From a virus (taxonomy: Duplodnaviria > Caudoviricetes): a stretch of DNA of 24,840 nt. Each line of letters begins with the position of its first letter. Within the stretch, counting starts at the first letter, position 1. A model generated the notes under the pieces. It ran no database searches. It was not told where the DNA came from and saw only the letters and a list, made by a program, of their open reading frames with translations. A program made the translations under genes and the position numbers. The stretch is from the IMG/VR virus record IMGVR_UViG_3300032295_003131, positions 1 to 24,840 of that record. The stretch is one strand, 5' to 3'. Shown piece after piece: positions 17,062-24,547 of this stretch.

Positions 17062-17343
17062 ATGAAATTAACACCACAAAAATTTAGTAGAATATCCCAA
17101 TACATAAAAATGTATGAAGGTGATAGAGAAACCCTTCAGTTTGCATGGGCTAATACTTGGGATGATGATAATGATGATTACTATGATTTAAGTGAGAGTG
17201 ATGTAAAAAAATATATTGCTGATTTAAGAGATATAGTTGGTTGTAGAAAATATACTATATTGAGAGAAAAAGAGTTACTTAATGAGTGTGAAGGAATTTA
17301 TCAACAATGGGTTTTAATTAATGGAAAAATAAAAAATAAATAA
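17062..17343 (+). CDS. Small early protein, KLT-R-YI paralog family
   Basis: MKLTPQKFSRISQYI...LLNECEGIYQQW. Confidence 0.75.
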   Translation: MKLTPQKFSRISQYIKMYEGDRETLQFAWANTWDDDNDDYYDLSESDVKKYIADLRDIVGCRKYTILREKELLNECEGIYQQWVLINGKIKNK

Positions 17344-17346
17344 GTT

Positions 17347-17577
17347 ATGGAAAAATTAACACAAAAACAAATTAAACGAATGAACTCTTACATTGAGTTT
17401 TTAGATGAGTATGCTCCAATCTATTTTGAGGGTGAACCAAACCAAGCTATCATTGATGCAATGAGAAATTGGGTAAAAACAGGTGAGTGGTTACCACACA
17501 ACAAAGAAAGGTTAAATGGTATTGAAATAAAGTATCAACAATTTTTAAGACATAAAAAAACAGGTAAATTAAAATAA
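17347..17577 (+). CDS. Small early protein, KLT-R-YI paralog family
   Basis: MEKLTQKQIKRMNSYI...RLNGIEIKYQQF. Confidence 0.75.
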   Translation: MEKLTQKQIKRMNSYIEFLDEYAPIYFEGEPNQAIIDAMRNWVKTGEWLPHNKERLNGIEIKYQQFLRHKKTGKLK

Positions 17578-17582
17578 GAAAT

Positions 17583-18131
17583 ATGAAAACGTTACAACAA
17601 TTAAAAGAAAGAAAAGATGAATTAGAAAATGAGTTATCCGCCTATAAATGGTGGGGTAACGAAGATGATGCCAATTACGAAGAAGAATATGGTAGGGAAT
17701 ACGAACACCTACAAACTGAATTAAATGGTGTTAATGAAGAAATTTATAAATTCAAAAACCCCTATGCTAAAGGTTTAGAAACTAAAACATTAGAGTTACA
17801 CACATTCAAAGGGTTAAGGGTACACGCAGTACAAAAGTATATCAAACATAAAATATGGTTAAGTATCCAAAAGAAGTGTGAGTTAAAAGAGAAGTATCAA
17901 AATGGTGAGTTTGAAAACGATTCAAAATTCTTTACCGCAATCAATATCCAAAATGGTATCATTATGGGATTAAAGGAGTTAGGTACTGAATTAGGTAGGG
18001 TACAAAGTGGATTAGAGGTAAGGTACGAATTCCCTACTAAAACCTACCCAAATCCTAAAACGTTGAGAATCAATGAGTTAGGTGAGGCAGATACACAACC
18101 TATTGATAATCAATCAGTTACGAATTATTAA
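17583..18131 (+). CDS. Hypothetical early protein
   Basis: 182 aa ORF with an N-terminal coiled coil, tightly packed in the operon. Confidence 0.65.
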   Translation: MKTLQQLKERKDELENELSAYKWWGNEDDANYEEEYGREYEHLQTELNGVNEEIYKFKNPYAKGLETKTLELHTFKGLRVHAVQKYIKHKIWLSIQKKCELKEKYQNGEFENDSKFFTAINIQNGIIMGLKELGTELGRVQSGLEVRYEFPTKTYPNPKTLRINELGEADTQPIDNQSVTNY

Positions 18132-18161
18132 AAAATATATGTGAAAATAATTGATAAAATA

Positions 18162-18200
18162 TTTGGAAGTTTGAGTAGTTTTACCTATCTTTACATATAT
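18162..18200 (+). promoter_or_regulatory. Early promoter (repeat copy), IHF-like sites at ~18062-18080 and ~18096-18120
   Basis: TTTGGAAGTTTGAGTAGTTTTACCTATCTTTACATATAT. Confidence 0.8.
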
Positions 18201-18231
18201 CAATTAATTAAAACAATTAAAACAAACAATT

Positions 18232-18420
18232 ATGACGAACGTAGAAAAACAATTAGTAGAGTTCTTAAACGTAGAACTAAAAAAAGCAGAACGTATCCTA
18301 TCTAAAATAGGTAAGAAAAAAGGAAGTACATTAACCAAAGAAGATAGTGAGCAATGGGCTACTCTAAATTTTAGAAAGAGGTGGTTATTATCACAAATAG
18401 ATTCAATCATTCAAAAATAA
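18232..18420 (+). CDS. Hypothetical early protein
   Basis: 62 aa; A-rich leader after the promoter. Confidence 0.65.
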   Translation: MTNVEKQLVEFLNVELKKAERILSKIGKKKGSTLTKEDSEQWATLNFRKRWLLSQIDSIIQK

Positions 18421-18431
18421 ACAAATCAGTT

Positions 18432-18701
18432 ATGCAATTAACAAACAAAGATACCATTACGTTAAATGGTGTAGGATTAGAAACCTTTCGTTATGAAAAC
18501 CAAACAACAGGTAAAATAAATTATGAGATTTATACCTATACCGTTGGTACAAAAGCATTCATTACCGAATCAATAAAAACAGGTAAGAATACTAAAATAT
18601 CATTATGGATTGAGGGTTACAACATTAAGTTATCACCCACATACGATTACGGATATGCGTTACATATCTTCACCGATTTAATAAATAAATTCAAAAAATA
18701 A
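18432..18701 (+). CDS. Hypothetical early protein
   Basis: Start probably MQLTNK at 18432, after the upstream stop. Confidence 0.65.
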   Translation: MQLTNKDTITLNGVGLETFRYENQTTGKINYEIYTYTVGTKAFITESIKTGKNTKISLWIEGYNIKLSPTYDYGYALHIFTDLINKFKK

Positions 18702-18722
18702 ACAAAAACAAAAACAAAAGTT

Positions 18723-19220
18723 ATGGCAAAAAGTAAAAAGCGTGTGAACAACACAACGAAGAACACAAAGAAGAATGTGTACAAAATGAAAAAGGAATAT
18801 GTAGAGTTTACTGATAAGTTACACTCTATCGCAGAAACAATTAGTGAAGAAGATGCGGCTATCGTACAAGCGAAAGTATTAATTCAATCAAATGAGAAGA
18901 TATTTGAACACATCATTGAAATGCTTCAATCAGGGGTTTTAGAACCTTTCATTGACGATACACGCAGTAAGTTATCAAAATCGTTTCCTATCTTCAAAGA
19001 TAAGATTATGGAGAGAGAAATGTTTGTAGTGTGTATGTTCCTTACAAAATCACTAATGGATAATGATATGGAAACGATTAACGATTGGAGTAATAACTTC
19101 AAAGAAAATCCAATGAATGTTATTATGAAAGCATTAAAGTTCGTAGAGTTCGTAAGAAACGATAAGGATATGAGTAGTAACCTATCCAAATTAGATAAGA
19201 TAGTGGATTGGAATTCATAG
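18723..19220 (+). CDS. Hypothetical protein with a basic N-terminus
   Basis: 165 aa; AAACAA-repeat leader. Confidence 0.65.
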   Translation: MAKSKKRVNNTTKNTKKNVYKMKKEYVEFTDKLHSIAETISEEDAAIVQAKVLIQSNEKIFEHIIEMLQSGVLEPFIDDTRSKLSKSFPIFKDKIMEREMFVVCMFLTKSLMDNDMETINDWSNNFKENPMNVIMKALKFVEFVRNDKDMSSNLSKLDKIVDWNS

Positions 19221-19223
19221 TAA

Positions 19224-19332
19224 GTAGGGGTAAAAAAGGGGTAGAAATACCCCTAATTTCCCCTATCTTTGGGTTATAGGGGTAACCATCCAACCAACCC
19301 CTACCACCCCTTAAAAGGGTTAAAAAGGGGTT
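19224..19332. repeat. AGGGG/CCCCT-rich inverted-repeat cluster
   Basis: About 9 AGGGG/CCCCT units, including the hairpin AGGGGTA-GAAA-TACCCCT. Confidence 0.75.
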
Positions 19333-19392
19333 AATATGTAAAGTGCTAATAATCAATCAGTTGCACTTTTTTCAAAAATAATCCCTAAAATA

Positions 19393-19432
19393 TTTGGAAA
19401 TATGGGTAGTTTTACCTATCTTTACATATATC
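19393..19432 (+). promoter_or_regulatory. Early promoter (repeat copy), IHF-like site at 19351-19363
   Basis: TTTGGAAATATGGGTAGTTTTACCTATCTTTACATATATC. Confidence 0.8.
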
Positions 19433-19469
19433 AATTAAATAACAACAATAACAAAAAAAACAAAACGTT

Positions 19470-20222
19470 ATGAGTAAATTAACAAAGAGTGTTAGTACCT
19501 TCACTATCAAAAAAGGTACATTTGATTTGAATGAATACAATAAAGATTATTCAAATTATCCCCTATATCGTAGGGTTGAAGATATGGTTGAGGAGAAAGT
19601 AAAAGCTGCTAATATCCCTACACCAATTTCACAGGTTTTTGAGTACTTCTTTGATAGAAGTGATTTGAGAGTAGCAGGTGAAGTAGAAACGTATTACATC
19701 GTTGGTTTCAAAGATGAATACAATATGGCAGATAATAGAAAACCTTACTTATCAAAGTTTATCTACAATCGTTTAATCAGTTCTTTTAACAATTACCTTT
19801 CAACTACCTTATATGATTTAGGTAATGAAGATAACCAAAAGTTAGTAGATGCATTACACATTGTTTATAGAGAGAATAGTAGTGATATCAACCAAACATT
19901 TAAGTTAGTAGATAAGTTATGGGATGTTTATTGTGAAGATGATTCATTAAAAAGTAATTGGGATGTTAGAGATAAAATTACCGATGGTTTCAAACAAAGC
20001 TCAAACTATAAAGATTTTTTATCTATCACCGAAGAATTAATAATTCGTAAGTTTGATATTAAAAAAGATTTTGCAACACACACTTTATTAGAAGCTATGT
20101 TAGGTGATAAGGTAAACGAAGTAGATAAGAGGTTTGGTAAAGATTTCCAAACTCAATTGAAACACTACAATCAACTACAAAGTGAGATTGAAGAATTGAA
20201 TAACACAATAAACAATTTATAA
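19470..20222 (+). CDS. Hypothetical early protein
   Basis: 250 aa ORF after a promoter and an A/C-rich leader; no recognisable motif. Confidence 0.7.
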   Translation: MSKLTKSVSTFTIKKGTFDLNEYNKDYSNYPLYRRVEDMVEEKVKAANIPTPISQVFEYFFDRSDLRVAGEVETYYIVGFKDEYNMADNRKPYLSKFIYNRLISSFNNYLSTTLYDLGNEDNQKLVDALHIVYRENSSDINQTFKLVDKLWDVYCEDDSLKSNWDVRDKITDGFKQSSNYKDFLSITEELIIRKFDIKKDFATHTLLEAMLGDKVNEVDKRFGKDFQTQLKHYNQLQSEIEELNNTINNL

Positions 20223-20223
20223 T

Positions 20224-20619
20224 ATGAATAAGAATACACAATATAGAGAGTACCTAATTGAAGAAATTAGAGTTAATAGAAATTTGTTTAACAAATTAAA
20301 CAATGAGGATTGGGAAGAATTAGGTTATAGTGATGAGGTATCGTATGAAGGTGATGTTGCACGATGTGGTGGTATATTCCACGCTATGGAATGTGCATTA
20401 GAAACCTATGATAATATCTTTAACATAGATGATACGGATGATAGGTTATCATTCGCTAACGTAGAGGATGCGTACGATTACTATTGGGATAGTAGTAGAA
20501 ACCCAAATGGTAATTGGGAAACTGAAAAAGCCCTTGAAGAAGGTGAGTTAAGGTTTTGTGAGAAGATGGGATTCTCAATAGATGAGTGGATTAAATGTGG
20601 TAACCGAAAAAATAAATAA
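20224..20619 (+). CDS. Hypothetical acidic protein
   Basis: 131 aa, Asp/Glu-rich, operon-packed. Confidence 0.65.
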   Translation: MNKNTQYREYLIEEIRVNRNLFNKLNNEDWEELGYSDEVSYEGDVARCGGIFHAMECALETYDNIFNIDDTDDRLSFANVEDAYDYYWDSSRNPNGNWETEKALEEGELRFCEKMGFSIDEWIKCGNRKNK

Positions 20620-20622
20620 GAT

Positions 20623-20844
20623 ATGAAACTAACTAAACAAAAAAAAGAAAGGATTGAATCATATATTGATATGATGGAATTCAATTGTGATATTAGGAGT
20701 TGTTATACTGCTGATAATTACATTGAAGTTCTTAATAGATTAAGAGATGTTTTAAGTTTTGAAACCTACATTAAAAGTGATAAACCTATTTTACAATTAT
20801 TAGAACGTAGGTTTCATAAAAATAAAATAAATTGGAGTTTATAA
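20623..20844 (+). CDS. Small early protein, KLT-R-YI paralog family
   Basis: MKLTKQKKERIESYI...ILQLLERRFHK. Confidence 0.7.
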   Translation: MKLTKQKKERIESYIDMMEFNCDIRSCYTADNYIEVLNRLRDVLSFETYIKSDKPILQLLERRFHKNKINWSL

Positions 20845-20856
20845 AATAAATAAGTT

Positions 20857-21219
20857 ATGGAAGATAGATTAAAAGAATTAGAGGAGAGATTGGTATCCGT
20901 TGAGAGAAGGTTTCAGGCACTATGGAATTCATTAGGTGATGAAGCACATAAGGAGATAGAGATTGAAACTCGTAACCTTATCAACGCAGACCCTCACTCA
21001 TTTGTATATACGTTGAAGTTTGTAATTGAAACGGATAAGGGTAACAAAGTGTTTCCACCATTTGAGATAAGAGCATGGAGTGAGAAGCAGGCGTACTACT
21101 TAGGGTTTCAGGATGTTATATACCCCGCTTGTAAGAAAGCGCAGGATGAAGGTAAGATACGATACTTCAAAACATTATCAAAGGAAGTAGATGATGTTAA
21201 GTTAAATAAAAATAGTTAA
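20857..21219 (+). CDS. Hypothetical protein
   Basis: 120 aa; leader AAATAAATAAGTTATG shared with 17347. Confidence 0.65.
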   Translation: MEDRLKELEERLVSVERRFQALWNSLGDEAHKEIEIETRNLINADPHSFVYTLKFVIETDKGNKVFPPFEIRAWSEKQAYYLGFQDVIYPACKKAQDEGKIRYFKTLSKEVDDVKLNKNS

Positions 21220-21346
21220 GTGTTTGCATAAAATGTATGGGGAGAGGAATGGTTTGTTATTTTAAGTTTGTAATATACTCTCCCCTCATTTTTAATTAGG
21301 AATTGTTTACTCACAATAGTTGGGGTTTGTCATAATCCTCAATGTT

Positions 21347-21378
21347 CCCCCGGTGATTCGCAGCATCGGGGGTTTTTT
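21347..21378 (+). terminator. Intrinsic terminator
   Basis: CCCCCGGTG-attcgcag-CATCGGGGG followed by T6. Confidence 0.8.
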
Positions 21379-21403
21379 ATTTTCAAAAATAATTGTATAT
21401 ATG

Positions 21404-21437
21404 TTTGGTAGTTTCAGTAGTTTTTCGTATCTTTACA
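21404..21437 (+). promoter_or_regulatory. Early/middle promoter (repeat copy)
   Basis: TTTGGTAGTTTCAGTAGTTTTTCGTATCTTTACA. Confidence 0.75.
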
Positions 21438-21462
21438 TTATTAAAACAAAAATTATATTTTT

Positions 21463-21999
21463 ATGGCAAAGTACATTAGCAATGAGGAGTATCAAGAAAT
21501 ACTTCAAAATCAGTTTAACGATTTAACTGCAACCGAATTAATCGCACAAATAGATAAGTGTGAGGAGTATCTAAATAACCTATCAGACGATATAGGGGAC
21601 GATAGATATGATTTCGTTAAATCAATTATCCAAACCGCAAAACAACAAAAGGAATTAACATTCAAACAATGGAAAGCATTAAGTGCATTTCAAAGAGATT
21701 GTGAGAAACTAACTAAGGTTGAAACGTTAAAGAAATCATTAGTAGTTGAAAACAATGTTAAGGAGTACATCAACTCAATTGAATCAGGTATGGTTGAAAT
21801 GGATACAACACATTGGACGAAAGAAAGAAAGGAAGCTTATGAGCAGTACCTTAAGAAACAAAAGTTGGAAACTGATATGGCAGCTGAAGTTGAAGCATTC
21901 CTAACTAAATTGGAAGCAGAGAAGAAAGCATCTATCGTTTACAACGTAGAGCATTCAAACGGAAACGTAAAGAAATCAAATAAAACAAAACTTAATTAA
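21463..21999 (+). CDS. Hypothetical helical protein
   Basis: 178 aa, first gene after the promoter. Confidence 0.65.
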   Translation: MAKYISNEEYQEILQNQFNDLTATELIAQIDKCEEYLNNLSDDIGDDRYDFVKSIIQTAKQQKELTFKQWKALSAFQRDCEKLTKVETLKKSLVVENNVKEYINSIESGMVEMDTTHWTKERKEAYEQYLKKQKLETDMAAEVEAFLTKLEAEKKASIVYNVEHSNGNVKKSNKTKLN

Positions 22000-22000
22000 T

Positions 22001-22363
22001 ATGGGTGAAGTAATATTACCGATTAAAGAAGTTGCAGGATATCACATCAGTAATACTGGTGTGGTATATACAACTGTTAAATCAAAGAGACACAACAAAG
22101 ATGGGGTAATGAGGATACTACGACCACGCATCCACCCATCAGGATATTTATATGTAGGGTTATATGATGTAGTTAATGGTGAACGAGTAAGACATTGGAG
22201 AAGGGTGCATCGTTTGGTTGCAGAACATTTTATAGGAAATATTCAGCAGGGGTTGGAAGTGAATCATAAAGATTTGAATAAACACAACAATCACATAGAT
22301 AACTTAGAGATAGTTACACGCAGAGAAAACTTAATACACTATCATGCAAACAAAAAGAAATAA
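22001..22363 (+). CDS. NUMOD4/HNH homing endonuclease
   Basis: YHISNTGVV, GYLYVGL, VHRLVAEHF and VNHKDLNKHNNHIDNLE motifs. Confidence 0.9.
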   Translation: MGEVILPIKEVAGYHISNTGVVYTTVKSKRHNKDGVMRILRPRIHPSGYLYVGLYDVVNGERVRHWRRVHRLVAEHFIGNIQQGLEVNHKDLNKHNNHIDNLEIVTRRENLIHYHANKKK

Positions 22364-22667
22364 GAAAAACATATTGGGTATGGAGAAGAATGAAGGAGCA
22401 ACTTCATTTATGGGAGTAACCAAACTTCAAATGATAACTCATTTAAGAATCAAATGGTATCGTTTCAAATACTCAATCCAATTAGGAAGTTGGTTAGAGT
22501 TTTTGATAGAGGTATTCACATTAGGAAAGGGAGAAGCTATTGCACTTTGGATATCAAAGAAAGTGTTTAAGAAAGATAGTTGTGGTTGTTGTGAAAGGAA
22601 ACAATGGTTAAACCGATTAACAAATCCAAACTACGATGGAAGATGTAACGAAATAAAATTATATTAA
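22344..22667 (+). CDS. Small Cys-rich phage protein (CGCxxRxxxLN); start uncertain (22380 or 22431 possible)
   Basis: KDSCGCCERKQWLN motif. Confidence 0.6.
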   Translation: MQTKRNKKNILGMEKNEGATSFMGVTKLQMITHLRIKWYRFKYSIQLGSWLEFLIEVFTLGKGEAIALWISKKVFKKDSCGCCERKQWLNRLTNPNYDGRCNEIKLY

Positions 22668-22669
22668 TT

Positions 22670-22900
22670 ATGAGTGAATTAAAATACTCACCATTCACCA
22701 ATGAGGAATTTGTGGTGATGGTAGACGAAATGAAAGCAATAGGTGCTTATTTACCTGAGCATCAAATGGGTATAATGTGGGAAAGATGTACACGCATTAG
22801 AGGACAAAAAGAAAACCAACCATGTGGATGTAAATCAGCAGGTGGATTATGGGCGAAGTGTGTGGAAGATATAAACAATTTCATTTCACAAAGAGTTTAA
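22670..22900 (+). CDS. Small Cys-rich phage protein
   Basis: QPCGC motif; coupled to the next gene by TAATG. Confidence 0.65.
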   Translation: MSELKYSPFTNEEFVVMVDEMKAIGAYLPEHQMGIMWERCTRIRGQKENQPCGCKSAGGLWAKCVEDINNFISQRV

Positions 22901-23445
22901 TGGATGTTAAATCATTACAGGTAGAAAACAATCGCCGTTTAGATATATTAGCAAGAACCAAACATGTGTGGTTATTAAAGAGTGCTTATAACTTTTGTAA
23001 GAGCAGGGAAACCGCAAGAGAGTTAGTAGGTGAGTTATACCTTTACATAGCAGAGAGAGGTAATCCAAATATATGGTGGGGTGAAGATGGATTCAATATG
23101 ATGTACCTTCACTCATTCCTCAAATCACGATTCATAAACTACATTAAAGCACAAAACAAATTGGAAACGATTTCGGACACCTATGATGAAGTAGATACGG
23201 AATACGATGAGGAGTTAGATAGAAACATACAACAAACATACGATGAAGTAGTTAAGGAGATACAACAACTACAAAGAACAAAGATGTGGAGTTCAGCAAA
23301 ATTAGCAGAACTATATTTTTTTGATGATACGATGACATTAGATAGGTTATCAAAAGAGATAGGGATATCAAAGAGCACATCCTTTCTCAATGTGAAGAAG
23401 GTGAAGCAACACATAAAGAATACAAAACAAAATCCTTTTAGGTAA
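22900..23445 (+). CDS. ECF-like RNA polymerase sigma factor
   Basis: Start MDVKS at 22900; region 2-like AYNFCKSRETARELVGELYL and region 4 HTH TLDRLSKEIGISKSTSFLNVKK. Confidence 0.7.
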   Translation: MDVKSLQVENNRRLDILARTKHVWLLKSAYNFCKSRETARELVGELYLYIAERGNPNIWWGEDGFNMMYLHSFLKSRFINYIKAQNKLETISDTYDEVDTEYDEELDRNIQQTYDEVVKEIQQLQRTKMWSSAKLAELYFFDDTMTLDRLSKEIGISKSTSFLNVKKVKQHIKNTKQNPFR

Positions 23446-24191
23446 TGGAGATAAAGGAAATTGGCAGGAAGTTAGCAAACGAATACATAAAGAGAAATCA
23501 CTACACACATAAGGTATGCACCGGAACAAAACATTCATTAGGTGTTTGGATAGATGGTGAGATAAAAGGAATCATACAATTAGGTAAGGGAGTATCAATA
23601 AGAGAAACACAAAAGTGGGTAGAAGGTACACAACCGCATGAATGGTTAGAAGTAAACCGAAATTGGTTAGCAGATGATTTACCACACAACTCGGAGAGTA
23701 AGGTATGGGGTATGACATTTAAGTGGATAAGAGAAAACCTACCACACATCAAATGGTTAGTTACATTCGCAAACGGAGCAGCAGGACACGTAGGTACACA
23801 ATACCAAGCAACCAATTGGATATATACAGGTTACAATCGGACAGGTGGTATATGGGTAACTAAAGAAGGAGAGATGATACATTCCCTAACATTACATTCA
23901 AAGGGATTACCAAACGTTAAGAGAGAAACATTAGAGAGCATATATGGCACACCCCTATATAGAGTAGTGGGTGGACAGTTCCGTTATTTTTATTTTATGG
24001 ATAAGGGATACAAAGGTAAATTAAAACTACCTCAATTGCCATACCCCAAACAAACCGAATTACCAAACATTGTTGAGATATTGGATAAGAACTGGGAAGG
24101 ACCTAAACCACTATGGGATGAAGTACACACACTCATTCGTAAACGTAGCATATCTCCTCAGGATTCAACGATAAATACAAAGTGGTGGTAA
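23445..24191 (+). CDS. Mom-like DNA adenine modification protein (GNAT fold)
   Basis: HYTH, LEVNRNW, NSES and TFANGAAGHVGTQYQATNWIYTG motifs of the Mu Mom-like family. Confidence 0.8.
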   Translation: MEIKEIGRKLANEYIKRNHYTHKVCTGTKHSLGVWIDGEIKGIIQLGKGVSIRETQKWVEGTQPHEWLEVNRNWLADDLPHNSESKVWGMTFKWIRENLPHIKWLVTFANGAAGHVGTQYQATNWIYTGYNRTGGIWVTKEGEMIHSLTLHSKGLPNVKRETLESIYGTPLYRVVGGQFRYFYFMDKGYKGKLKLPQLPYPKQTELPNIVEILDKNWEGPKPLWDEVHTLIRKRSISPQDSTINTKWW

Positions 24192-24202
24192 GGTGTTAGA
24201 TA
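24177..24202 (+). promoter_or_regulatory. Putative late promoter ACAA-N13-TGTTAGATA for the terminase operon
   Basis: ACAA 24177-24180, TGTTA 24194-24198. Confidence 0.55.
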
Positions 24203-24238
24203 TATAGAAACATTGTTAAATACAAACAAATACAACCA

Positions 24239-24547
24239 ATGGCATTCACTAAAGGAGATAAACGAATTAATAGAGCAGGGAGACCCGCAGGAGCAATCAA
24301 CCGAAGTACGGAGGAGATGAAGCTAACGATTGCACGTGCCACAAACAATGTGCTCTCAACCATCAATAAGGATTTGGAGGAGATAAAGAAGAAAGACCCT
24401 GCTAAAGCATTGGAGTTAGCATTTAAGTTGTTAGAGTACTCATTACCTAAATTAAGTAGGACGGAGATGAGTGGTGAGATAAACCAAAAGATTCAGCAGA
24501 TATCAGTGAACATACAACAAAAGGTAGTAGATGAACCTAGAGATTAA
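24239..24547 (+). CDS. terS: Terminase small subunit (putative)
   Basis: FTKGD...GRPAGAIN N-terminus and LEYSLPKL; immediately upstream of terL. Confidence 0.65.
   Translation: MAFTKGDKRINRAGRPAGAINRSTEEMKLTIARATNNVLSTINKDLEEIKKKDPAKALELAFKLLEYSLPKLSRTEMSGEINQKIQQISVNIQQKVVDEPRD

Noticed and set aside
16848-21437. CRISPR array formed by the ~33-bp repeats
   Set aside because: Spacing is irregular (136 bp to 2 kb) with genes in between, and the repeats match the Bacteroidota promoter layout
21320-21526. 68-aa ORF with a TTG start
   Set aside because: Spans a terminator and a promoter and overlaps 21463
1190-23815. Other short antisense ORFs in the track (1190, 1648, 1659, 11264, 12046, 12640, 12791, 18204, 18926, 19123, 20481, 23181, 23501)
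   Set aside because: They overlap well-supported plus-strand genes and have no promoters or recognisable motifs
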